Shown here piece by piece: positions 19,078 through 27,903 of a DNA stretch of 60,475 nt; positions within the stretch are counted from its first letter, which is position 1; each line of letters starts with the position of its first letter. The notes beneath the pieces were generated by a model that saw nothing but the letters and a program-made list of their open reading frames with translations, was not told the origin of the DNA and searched no databases. The translations under genes and the position numbers were made by a program. Origin of the DNA: a virus (Duplodnaviria; Caudoviricetes); IMG/VR virus record IMGVR_UViG_3300025114_000001, positions 1-60,475 of that record. One strand, written 5' to 3'.

Positions 19078-20939
19078 TGGAAATATCAAACAAGATCTTA
19101 TCAGAAATAACAGTGCACATGAAATATGCTAGATACCTGGAAGAAGAAAAGCGAAGAGAAACATGGAAGGAATTAGTAGATCGTAATATGAAAATGCATC
19201 TTAAAAAGTTCCCTCAACTCGAACTCCAGATTATAAAAGCTTATAAAATGGTTATGGATAAGAAGATATTGCCATCAATGAGGTCGATGCAGTTTGGCGG
19301 CAAGCCAATTGAAGTCGCTCCTAATCGTATTTTTAACTGTGCGTTCATGCCAATCGACGACATCAGAGCATTTAGTGAAACAATGTTTCTTCTCCTCGGC
19401 GGCACCGGCGTAGGATATAGCGTACAGAAGCACCATGTTGAACAACTACCAGAAATTAGAAAGCCCAACTCTAAGCGCACACGACGTTATCTAATCGGCG
19501 ACTCAATCGAAGGCTGGGCTGATGCAATCAAGGCTCTTGTCCGGACCTATTTCCATGGGGGCTCACGCCTCCGCTTTGACTTCTCTGACATTCGCCCCAA
19601 GGGAGCCCTCTTGGTGACCTCTGGTGGCCAAGCTCCGGGCCCACAGCCCCTTCGGGAGTGCCTAGTGAAGCTGGAGGGCATGTTCTGTGAGAAAGAAGAC
19701 GGAGACAAGCTTGAACCAATTGAAGTTCACGATATGATTTGTCATATTGCGGATGCTGTCCTTGCAGGTGGAATTAGGAGAGCAGCCCTCATATCTTTAT
19801 TTTCAGCAGATGACCAAGAGATGATATCAGCGAAAGCCGGCGACTGGTGGGAGAAGAACCCTCAACGCGGCAGAGCGAATAACTCAGTTGTTTTGCTCCG
19901 TCACAAGATTGATAAAGAATATTTTATGAACCTTTGGGATAGAGTTAAAGCTTCCGGCGCCGGGGAACCTGGCTTTTATTTCTCGAACGATAAGGACTGG
20001 GGCACGAACCCGTGCTGCGAAATAGGGCTCCGTCCATTTCAGTTCTGCAATCTAACTGAAGTCAACGTTTCCAACGTCGAGAGCCAAGATGACCTCAACG
20101 AGCGAGTCCGATCAGCTACTTTTATTGCAACACTACAAGCTAGCTATACTGACTTTCATTATCTTCGCGATATCTGGAGAAGAAATACAGAGAAAGACGC
20201 CTTAATAGGCGTGTCCATGACTGGCATAGCTTCAGGAAAGGTATTAGAACTTGATCTCTCTTCGTCAGCCTTAGAAGTGAAGAAGGAAAATAGAAGAGTT
20301 GCTAATCAGATCGGCATCCGCCCTGCAGCAAGAACTACATGTGTTAAGCCCGCTGGCACAACTAGCTTAGTCCTGGGGACATCTTCAGGAATTCATGCTT
20401 GGCATAGCGATTATTATATCCGCCGCGTCAGGGTCGGCAAAAACGAAGCAATATATGATTATTTGCATTGGACCCATCCAAACCTGGTGGAAGATGAATA
20501 TTTTAGCCCACATTCAACAGCTGTTATTTCTCTGCCTCAGAAGGCGCCTGAAGGCTCGACACTTCGAACTGAATCAGCACTGCAGCTCTTGAAGCGAGTA
20601 CAAAACGTCTCAGAGAACTGGGTCAAGCCTGGCTTTCAAAAAGGGCAGAATACACACAATGTTTCAGCAACAATCTCTATCAAAGAAGCAGAGTGGGCAG
20701 ACGTCGGAGAATGGATGTGGGAAAACCGATCCTCTTATAACGGCTTATCCGTTCTTCCGTTCGACGGAGGAAATTATACACAAGCACCATTTGAGGACTG
20801 TTCAAAAGAGACCTACGAAGCAATGCTGGCTTCACTTAGCAACATTGATCTAACTAATATTACAGAAGAAGAAGACAATACAGACTTAAAGGGCGAATTG
20901 GCCTGCGCAGGCGGCTCCTGTGAACTTAAATTTATTTAA
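19077..20939 (+). CDS. nrdJ: Class II adenosylcobalamin-dependent ribonucleotide reductase
   Basis: RRETW, LPSMR, FNCAF, GGIRRAA, TNPCCEI, FCNLTE, VKPAGTTS and C-terminal ACAGGSCE. Confidence 0.93.
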   Translation: MEISNKILSEITVHMKYARYLEEEKRRETWKELVDRNMKMHLKKFPQLELQIIKAYKMVMDKKILPSMRSMQFGGKPIEVAPNRIFNCAFMPIDDIRAFSETMFLLLGGTGVGYSVQKHHVEQLPEIRKPNSKRTRRYLIGDSIEGWADAIKALVRTYFHGGSRLRFDFSDIRPKGALLVTSGGQAPGPQPLRECLVKLEGMFCEKEDGDKLEPIEVHDMICHIADAVLAGGIRRAALISLFSADDQEMISAKAGDWWEKNPQRGRANNSVVLLRHKIDKEYFMNLWDRVKASGAGEPGFYFSNDKDWGTNPCCEIGLRPFQFCNLTEVNVSNVESQDDLNERVRSATFIATLQASYTDFHYLRDIWRRNTEKDALIGVSMTGIASGKVLELDLSSSALEVKKENRRVANQIGIRPAARTTCVKPAGTTSLVLGTSSGIHAWHSDYYIRRVRVGKNEAIYDYLHWTHPNLVEDEYFSPHSTAVISLPQKAPEGSTLRTESALQLLKRVQNVSENWVKPGFQKGQNTHNVSATISIKEAEWADVGEWMWENRSSYNGLSVLPFDGGNYTQAPFEDCSKETYEAMLASLSNIDLTNITEEEDNTDLKGELACAGGSCELKFI

Positions 20940-20947
20940 AAAAGTAT

Positions 20948-20975
20948 TTGACATTTTAGCTGAATATGATATAAT
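20948..20975 (+). promoter_or_regulatory. Sigma70-type promoter with extended -10
   Basis: TTGACA-16bp-TATAAT with TG upstream of the -10; would drive the ParB-like gene and the tRNA-like RNA. Confidence 0.75.
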
Positions 20976-21027
20976 GAGATCATGTTGTTGAGAGAACAGC
21001 AAAACTTAAATTGAAAAGGAAACGAAA

Positions 21028-22221
21028 TTGACATCAGCACAGTTAAGACAGATAGCCTCCTCTGGCTACTCTCATTTGAACACAAACCAAAGAATTCAGG
21101 CAGCATGCGCCGAGCATACGAACTTTATAAAATCAAACTTTGTCTTGGGTGGGGACCTTCATATCCTTAAGACTAAGGACATAGTGTTTGACTATAAAGG
21201 AATGGCCCATCAACCTCGCCTAGGCAACCTGGATCCTACAACTGTAAGGAAATATAGCGCTCAAGCAAAAAACGGAGTAAATGGGGTTTTCGGGATCCGA
21301 AAGCCAATTACTGTCTATTGGAGCACAGTTCAGCAAAGTTTCATTGGTATCAAGGGTCATCATAGGTATTCGGCCGCAAGGGAAATAGGATATAATTATA
21401 TCATAGCTCACATTGATGATATCTTTCCAAGCCTATCGAAGCAAGAACAAATTGATTGTCTGATGAGCGATAATGCATTTGCTGATAATGGCATGCAAAG
21501 TTGTACTCGCAGTATTGCAGAGGCATTAAAAGCGACCCTACAGGACGAAACATTCATGCGCGCTGAGAGAAAGATGCAACAGCAATTGCAGGAAAAACTT
21601 AAATCTTGCAACGAAGAATCTAGAAGAAAAGAGATTGAAAAGAACATCAAGGAAATTAGTAAGAAAATTCGTGGACCACTTGATATTCTGGCCCAAAAGT
21701 GGAATCCATCGACGGCTAGTTCGTCTAATAAGACATTAGTTACAAGAGCTTTAAATAACTACCAGGCGAAGCACTTGGTCCAGGTTTTTAACCATACGAC
21801 TAAGCAAAGAAAAGCATATATTTCACATGCTGTCAACACGTTGGGAAATGATGATCTTTATTTTGATTGGGGCCAAGCGGTAACAAACAATAACGTGCAA
21901 ATTAACTTGCCAACTGCCGAATTTCTCGCTAAGGTAAGAGAGTATAAGAAAGCGAATAATAGCGGAAAGTTGCCTTCTTCTTTTACTTTTTTTACTTGTA
22001 TTCCAGGTGGAGTAAAAGATTATCAACACCTTTTTCAATTGCGCAGCCGTATAGAAGAGAGTATTATAGATAGAGTGGCAGATGTTTACCCATCCGTTCC
22101 TCGTCACTTTAAATTCTTAGGTCAGGTCCTTAATCAAAACTCTCCCTGTGCAGAAGACCCTAAGAAACTATATGATTCGTCCTATGTTACCAGCTATATT
22201 AAGCAGAGCAAAAAGAATTAA
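21028..22221 (+). CDS. ParB/Srx N-terminal domain protein
   Basis: HQPR...KPITV...GHHRYSAA...DN matches the ParB-like GxxR motif. Confidence 0.6.
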   Translation: MTSAQLRQIASSGYSHLNTNQRIQAACAEHTNFIKSNFVLGGDLHILKTKDIVFDYKGMAHQPRLGNLDPTTVRKYSAQAKNGVNGVFGIRKPITVYWSTVQQSFIGIKGHHRYSAAREIGYNYIIAHIDDIFPSLSKQEQIDCLMSDNAFADNGMQSCTRSIAEALKATLQDETFMRAERKMQQQLQEKLKSCNEESRRKEIEKNIKEISKKIRGPLDILAQKWNPSTASSSNKTLVTRALNNYQAKHLVQVFNHTTKQRKAYISHAVNTLGNDDLYFDWGQAVTNNNVQINLPTAEFLAKVREYKKANNSGKLPSSFTFFTCIPGGVKDYQHLFQLRSRIEESIIDRVADVYPSVPRHFKFLGQVLNQNSPCAEDPKKLYDSSYVTSYIKQSKKN

Positions 22222-22231
22222 AAAGATATTA

Positions 22232-22305
22232 GCCCAAGAGACCCTATAGGAATGGGTGCCTCACCCCCAGTGAGGAAGCTGCAGGTTCGACTCCTGCCTT
22301 GGGCT
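22232..22305 (+). tRNA. Non-canonical tRNA-Gly(CCC)-like RNA
   Basis: Cloverleaf: acceptor GCCCAAG/CTTGGGC, D stem ACCC/GGGT, anticodon stem CCTCA/TGAGG with loop CCCCCAG, T arm GCAGG-TTCGACT-CCTGC, discriminator U. CCA is not encoded. Atypical A8, U14 and C33. Confidence 0.8.
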
Positions 22306-22350
22306 CAACCCTTTCCCCCCTGCTTTCTCCTCATAGTGCGGAGATAGTAC

Positions 22351-22379
22351 TTGACAATCTCCCCAAAAAAGTGTAATAT
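22351..22379 (+). promoter_or_regulatory. Sigma70-type promoter
   Basis: TTGACA-17bp-TAATAT upstream of the Mom-like gene. Confidence 0.7.
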
Positions 22380-22414
22380 AAATATATAAACAATCATATT
22401 AATGAGGACTACAA

Positions 22415-23587
22415 ATGATTAGTGAAAAAAAACCAGATTACTCCGACCGTACAAAATATTGTAAAAAGGTTTCATATGAAATTAAAGAGATCGATAAAAT
22501 AAAAGCAATAGAGTTAGTTCAAGAAAATCATTACTCGCCAGTGATGCCGACACTAACAAAGCATTTTCTGGGTGTCCACAAGGATCAAGATCTGGTTGGA
22601 GTAATCACACTCGGCTGGGGGACGAAGCCGATGCATACTATCCAAAAAGTTATAAACAAAGAGATGACGTCTAAAGACTATTATGAGATAGGCAAGATGT
22701 GCATGCTAGACGAAGAGTTAGGTAATTCAGAGACGCAGATGCTCTCGCAAGTTGTTCGCTGGCTTAAGAGCAATCATCCGGACGTTAAGTACTTATACAC
22801 TCTCGCAGACGGCATCATGGGAAAATGCGGAAGCGTTTATCAGTCAGCAAACTTTTATTATGGAGGTGAGTATTGGACTGACAGCTATATGTCAGCCAAG
22901 GGAGAAAAAGTACACCCAAGAACAACGCGGCAGCTTTGCTTTGATAACTGGGAGTGGCATTACAATTCTAAATCACCAGGCCATATTCCAGAGTTCAAGA
23001 AAACTCATGATGTAAAAGCTGCAGCAAAACGCCAGAGTTATACAGAAGCTCTCGAGTCCCTGATACACAATATTCCACCAGAGTTAAGCGAAGAAAAGGC
23101 CTCTCAAATCCGCCAATTTTCAGCTGACTTTTATGAGTCCCGAAGCAAATATATTCGGGCATACGACGAATTCGTCAGTTCAAAGGCCGCATTCAGTCAA
23201 CGACCAGTAGAGAAGTCTTTCTTGCCAAGTGTTCCAAAGGGCCTATCAGAATACCTCTCTAATCCGAAGAAAGATTATATTAAGAAACAGCAAGTATTTT
23301 GGCTAACCCCTGAGTACATGAAACATATCGGTCTTCGCAAGATTAAGGGTAAAATGTTTAGATATATTTATCCTCTAAGCAAGAGTGCAAAAAAGCTCCT
23401 GAAAAAGAGTGAACAGATTGAGTGGAAGATCGGTTCCGGCGTATACCCAAAGGAAAATAACGGTGTATTGCAATGGAAAGAGATGATGGGAAGAAACGAT
23501 TATCAAATTCTAGAAGAGATGCCAGCATGGGACTTGCAAGTCACTGAACACAACGAGAAAAATGTAAATGCACATAAAAGCAAATAA
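22415..23587 (+). CDS. Mom-family (GNAT-fold) DNA adenine modification enzyme
   Basis: NHYS, LVGVITLG, YEIGKMC, NSETQMLS and YTLADG..GKCGSVYQSANFYYGG, later KMFRYIYPL: the HYS / AD-G-G-YQA-NF-Y-G pattern of Mu Mom-like proteins. Confidence 0.75.
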   Translation: MISEKKPDYSDRTKYCKKVSYEIKEIDKIKAIELVQENHYSPVMPTLTKHFLGVHKDQDLVGVITLGWGTKPMHTIQKVINKEMTSKDYYEIGKMCMLDEELGNSETQMLSQVVRWLKSNHPDVKYLYTLADGIMGKCGSVYQSANFYYGGEYWTDSYMSAKGEKVHPRTTRQLCFDNWEWHYNSKSPGHIPEFKKTHDVKAAAKRQSYTEALESLIHNIPPELSEEKASQIRQFSADFYESRSKYIRAYDEFVSSKAAFSQRPVEKSFLPSVPKGLSEYLSNPKKDYIKKQQVFWLTPEYMKHIGLRKIKGKMFRYIYPLSKSAKKLLKKSEQIEWKIGSGVYPKENNGVLQWKEMMGRNDYQILEEMPAWDLQVTEHNEKNVNAHKSK

Positions 23588-23591
23588 ATGC

Positions 23592-23620
23592 TTGACTTTT
23601 AGCAAAAAATATATTATTAT
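23592..23620 (+). promoter_or_regulatory. Sigma70-type promoter
   Basis: TTGACT-17bp-TATTAT. Confidence 0.7.
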
Positions 23621-23653
23621 AATTAAAGAAACAATCAACAAAAGGAAAAACTC

Positions 23654-23926
23654 ATGAGTTTCAACGAAGACAATAAAATTTTAACAGAAGAGGAGCACCT
23701 CTCTAACTACGTCAAAGAGTTCGCAGCAATTGAAGACGCGATGGAACCTTATAAGGAACAACGTCGAGATCTAAGAGAATCATATGATGAAAACGGTTGG
23801 CTCTCAAAGGAAGAGATGCGCCTTGCAGTGAAGGCATATAGGCTGGTTAAATCAGACACTGATATGGAACAGCTGACAGAGTATTTCAACAGGCTGAAAA
23901 GAACAGTGAGGAGTATCAATGTCTAG
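23654..23926 (+). CDS. Small dsDNA-binding protein (GapR / T4 DsbA-like)
   Basis: 90-aa helical protein, IEDAMEPYKEQRRDLRESY...MRLAVKAYR. Confidence 0.55.
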   Translation: MSFNEDNKILTEEEHLSNYVKEFAAIEDAMEPYKEQRRDLRESYDENGWLSKEEMRLAVKAYRLVKSDTDMEQLTEYFNRLKRTVRSINV

Positions 23927-24242
23927 AATTCCACCTGTGCTCAAGCCGGTCAATAGGCACTTAACAATTGTCCCACATGTTCAGAAAAATGAAACATCAA
24001 CAGGAGTACTTCTTCCAGATGGTTTTGAACCAGAGGAAGATAAATATATTACAGCAACGGTCATAGACATCGCTAGCGACTGCTCCCCCGCGTTGAGAGA
24101 GCTGCGAGGCTCTAACAGTCGAAACAAGGTTATTGTCATTGACCGGAGCATGATGGAAGAAATAAAAGTAAGAGACAAATCATACTTTACCATTTTAGAG
24201 AACTATGTTATCGGGATGCTAAGAGGGCTTAATGAAAATTGA
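23919..24242 (+). CDS. groES: GroES-like co-chaperonin
   Basis: LKPVNRHL..., TSTGVLLP mobile loop and C-terminal ILENYVIG. Confidence 0.75.
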   Translation: MSRIPPVLKPVNRHLTIVPHVQKNETSTGVLLPDGFEPEEDKYITATVIDIASDCSPALRELRGSNSRNKVIVIDRSMMEEIKVRDKSYFTILENYVIGMLRGLNEN

Positions 24243-24936
24243 TCTTTTCGGCGATGACATCGGATCTGTTGAGTACATCACTCATATGGGTAACGATCTG
24301 AGTGTTGTGAACGCCGCCCGCGTTTCATTCGGCGCAGAAAAAGAAGAGCTGGATGAGAAAGATATTAAGCTTATTAAATATCTCATGAAACACAACCACA
24401 CTAGCCCTTTTGAGCATTGCACAATCACTTTTCGATTTGTAGTACCATTGTTCGTTAGGAGTCAACATCACCGCCCTAGGACATGGGCATTTTCGCTCAT
24501 CAGCCGCAGATATACCTCAACTGATATGCAGTTTTATAATCCGGCCGCATTTCGAAGTCAACATGAATCAAACAGGCAAGCTAGTAATGAAGATGTGATT
24601 GACCCAACGTTAAACTCTTCTTACATGGGAATCGGCTTTGAGAAAGCATCTAATGCTGTAAAGATGCACAGCTCTAGAAGTTTGAGCTTATACAACGCCC
24701 TATTAGACGCAGGGATTTGTAGGGAGCAAGCTAGAGGTGTGCTTCCTCAAAACCTCTATACCCAATACTATGGCACAACAAATCTTCATAATTTGTTAAA
24801 GTTTATTAGCTTGAGAATACACGAAGGTGCTCAATGGGAAATACAACAAGTAGCCAAAGCATGCTTAAATGTCGCCCTTATCCATTACCCTGTTGTGACA
24901 GAGACTTACATTCAAAAATATATATCGGAGAAATGA
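24232..24936 (+). CDS. thyX: Flavin-dependent thymidylate synthase with altered signature motif
   Basis: VVNAARVSF, HTSPFEH, SRRY, REQARGVLP and NL..FISLR...AQWEI are present; the RHR signature reads RPR. Confidence 0.88.
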   Translation: MKIDLFGDDIGSVEYITHMGNDLSVVNAARVSFGAEKEELDEKDIKLIKYLMKHNHTSPFEHCTITFRFVVPLFVRSQHHRPRTWAFSLISRRYTSTDMQFYNPAAFRSQHESNRQASNEDVIDPTLNSSYMGIGFEKASNAVKMHSSRSLSLYNALLDAGICREQARGVLPQNLYTQYYGTTNLHNLLKFISLRIHEGAQWEIQQVAKACLNVALIHYPVVTETYIQKYISEK

Positions 24937-24937
24937 C

Positions 24938-27127
24938 GTGAAAAAGTTATTATTATTTTCAGTTTTAACATTGGCCTGTTCCGCGGAAACAATATCATTT
25001 ACGGAACCCCCACGAGATGGCGCTATTTCGGTACCACAAGATTCACAGGCACCCGACTATCATGTTATTGATTCTTCCGTTCGGCCGCCAATTATTGATG
25101 CATCACCCCCGGTGCTTCCATGCCAAAATTTGGATGTTTCGGATCATGAAAAGTACTGCTTGTGTCTCCCTCAATGTTGTGAAACACAAGAGTGGTATTG
25201 TCCTCCTACCCCAGACCAGACGATTCAATCTATGCAGGTTGTCCTAGAGGTGTGCGATGAAGAGGAGGTATCTTGTGTTTTCGGTGAGGATGAAGACTGC
25301 CCACCACCACAAATAATCCATAGGAGTCCGTGCCAGGTTACTCATGAATGTCCCCCCGGTTCGACGAGAGATTTTTTACGCTGGTTTGAGTGCCAACTGG
25401 AAGACGGCACATTCGGCCGTCAACGCGTCTTATGTGATAAGGGGGTGGTTGTCCATGGTCCTTGTACTTCTTGTGACCCAGAAGTCTGTGATGGCATCGA
25501 CAACGATTGTGATGACCGTATCGATGAAGACCCAATCCTCTGTGAGGACGAATGTGGCCCCGGAGTCGGCCTTTGCCAGAATGGGGTGTTGGTGGAATGT
25601 GTTAACAGGGATCCAGAAGAAGAAATTTGTAATTTTATCGATGATGACTGCGACGGAGAGATAGATGAAGATCAACGGAATGACTGCGATGGTTGTGGGG
25701 AACTCCCTTTGGAAGTTTGCGACAGCGTCGATAACGATTGTGACGGAAGGACTGATGAGTCTCTTTTACGAGAGTGCGAGACACAATGTAACCGCGGCCT
25801 TGAAACGTGTATCAACGGTCGATGGGGTTCCTGTACCGCACGTCAGCCAGTTCAAGAAATATGCGACGGCTTAGACAATGACTGTGATGGCATCCCAGAT
25901 GAAGGCATTAACTGTCTATGCACAATAGACCAAGTTGGGGTACTCATCCCCTGCGCTGAGCCGCCTTTATTCTGTGGGATGGGCTTTAAAACTTGTCAAT
26001 GCCGCGACGTGGACTGTCAAATAATCGAGCTAACTCCCTGTCTGGCACTCTGTGTTTATCTCCCTGAGCGTGAGGGGGAAGAATGTCATCCTGGCATTGG
26101 TCGTCCCGTGGAGCCTGAAATATGTAATAATTTTGACGAAGACTGCGACAACCTGGTTGATGAACAGCTCACTCAAGCATGCTATACGGGTCCCCCTGGC
26201 ACTATAAATGTGGGGATTTGCCTACCTGGAGAGCAGTCTTGCGTCGAGGGACAGTGGGGTGGCCCCAACGGAGACGGCCGTTGGACTGAAAATATTTGCA
26301 GCGGCGAAATTATACCAGCCGAAGAAGTCTGCGATGGTGCTGATAACGATTGCGACGGCGAGAACGATTACGGAGAGGACTTGCACCCAACCGATATCCT
26401 GTTAATTATTGACACTAGCGGTTCAATGAGTGGTGAAATTAGAGCAGTTACTGCAGCTCTATCCCGTTTCGGCCAGCATTTCGCCGCAGAAGATGCAATC
26501 CATTGGGGCCTCATCATCGGCCCAACACGAGCACCCAATCCGGACTTTCCAGGCTCAGACCATGAGGTTCTAACACGCGTGTCGGATATCGCACCATTTC
26601 AGCAGTTCTTTGACGCATTTGTAAATTTGGACCCTTTGACTTTTGATGGGGGTTTCGAGATGCTCATGGACGCAGTAATGTTATCTTTGAGAAACCTTAG
26701 CCCACTGCATGTTGACCTCGCCGCACGCAATTGGATCAGGGGAGTAGTATCGGTCCCTGAAAAGGATAATTTTATTATTAACTGGCGTCGGAATACGGAC
26801 CGAATCATTATCGTCTTTACTGACGAGAATGAGCAGTCTTATTTCAACCCGCCGTTTCATCGTAACGACCTTACTAACGCGCTCGCTGCGGCACCAAACA
26901 CAAAATTATACACTTTCGCTTTGGCCTTCTATTTCTGGGATGAGTTCGCGATTGCCACTGGCGGTAGAAATTTTGACCTTACTTCTCGTGCTGACCAAAT
27001 GTACGATAATTTAATGTCGATTATAGATGAAATATGTCTGCCACAACCGGGAGAACAAGCTGGTTTTAGGAGGATTCCGCAGAGTGTAGTGAAATACCAG
27101 TTTGCTTCTGAATTGATGTGTTTTTAG
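24938..27127 (+). CDS. Cys-rich lipoprotein with MopE-like repeats and a C-terminal vWA domain
   Basis: Signal peptide ending LTLAC; six E-x-C-D/N-x-x-D-N/D/E-D-C-D-x-x-x-D-E/Y-type repeats; MIDAS motif DTSGSM and VFTDENEQS. Confidence 0.85.
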   Translation: MKKLLLFSVLTLACSAETISFTEPPRDGAISVPQDSQAPDYHVIDSSVRPPIIDASPPVLPCQNLDVSDHEKYCLCLPQCCETQEWYCPPTPDQTIQSMQVVLEVCDEEEVSCVFGEDEDCPPPQIIHRSPCQVTHECPPGSTRDFLRWFECQLEDGTFGRQRVLCDKGVVVHGPCTSCDPEVCDGIDNDCDDRIDEDPILCEDECGPGVGLCQNGVLVECVNRDPEEEICNFIDDDCDGEIDEDQRNDCDGCGELPLEVCDSVDNDCDGRTDESLLRECETQCNRGLETCINGRWGSCTARQPVQEICDGLDNDCDGIPDEGINCLCTIDQVGVLIPCAEPPLFCGMGFKTCQCRDVDCQIIELTPCLALCVYLPEREGEECHPGIGRPVEPEICNNFDEDCDNLVDEQLTQACYTGPPGTINVGICLPGEQSCVEGQWGGPNGDGRWTENICSGEIIPAEEVCDGADNDCDGENDYGEDLHPTDILLIIDTSGSMSGEIRAVTAALSRFGQHFAAEDAIHWGLIIGPTRAPNPDFPGSDHEVLTRVSDIAPFQQFFDAFVNLDPLTFDGGFEMLMDAVMLSLRNLSPLHVDLAARNWIRGVVSVPEKDNFIINWRRNTDRIIIVFTDENEQSYFNPPFHRNDLTNALAAAPNTKLYTFALAFYFWDEFAIATGGRNFDLTSRADQMYDNLMSIIDEICLPQPGEQAGFRRIPQSVVKYQFASELMCF

Positions 27128-27903
27128 AGAAGGTTGTTATTGGGCACACCCCAGAATCTGTGGCATATGCTTATCTTAACGGGTGTTACCACATACAGAG
27201 TACAAGTTTCCAGCCTCTCTTCTTCGAAGAATATAAAGATTTCTCTTTTTTTGGCACAAAAAACAAAAGCCAGATCTGGCAGAAGTTTAAACTGTGGCTT
27301 GGTTTGCTAGCTAAGAATATAGATTATCCAGATTTGGAGCGAATTCGCCTGCAGGACAATAAGGTGAGATTGTTTGGCGATAGCCTATTGGCGGAGTTTG
27401 AATTCGAAAAATGTTATATATTTGAAAGCTTAAATGTGACACACGAAAATAAGATACAAGAAACCAAACCTCAAGTTTATAAGGTCATCGACGATTTTAC
27501 CATTTCGCGAATAGGGAAAGACGTCACACATATAGATCCAGTGTATACGAAGGACAGTCTCTTGAGGGAATCGTACTTCTACAACTCTTTAAGGGTTGAC
27601 GGAGCAAAATTTGTGACGGATGCGGTGACAGCCTCTTATCTTACAAAGAAGCAGCTTTATGATTTTGAATATTCAGACACAATGGCTAACTTCAAACTCA
27701 AGAGCCAGCTGAATTCCAGGGGCTATATCGGCCGCAAAGAGAAGGGCAAGTATAAGAATGGGACAGACATCTATAAAAAGTTTATAATAAAACATATTAA
27801 GCGATATGTGTTGGAACAAGATTCATGCAAATATTTGGATACACAAAACATAAAGTTTTTAACCGCAAGCATGCAGGATCTCTTTAATGCAGCCGGCTCC
27901 TAA
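27118..27903 (+). CDS. Hypothetical protein with a degenerate Rossmann-like N-terminus
   Basis: KVVIGHTPESVAYAY resembles an FAD-binding beta-alpha start lacking GxGxxG. Confidence 0.45.
   Translation: MFLEKVVIGHTPESVAYAYLNGCYHIQSTSFQPLFFEEYKDFSFFGTKNKSQIWQKFKLWLGLLAKNIDYPDLERIRLQDNKVRLFGDSLLAEFEFEKCYIFESLNVTHENKIQETKPQVYKVIDDFTISRIGKDVTHIDPVYTKDSLLRESYFYNSLRVDGAKFVTDAVTASYLTKKQLYDFEYSDTMANFKLKSQLNSRGYIGRKEKGKYKNGTDIYKKFIIKHIKRYVLEQDSCKYLDTQNIKFLTASMQDLFNAAGS

Noticed and set aside
22264-22270. Reading the anticodon as CCA (Trp) or as a 4-base frameshift suppressor
   Set aside because: The 5-bp stem gives a 7-nt loop with CCC central; U73 and C2-G71 fit Gly better than Trp.
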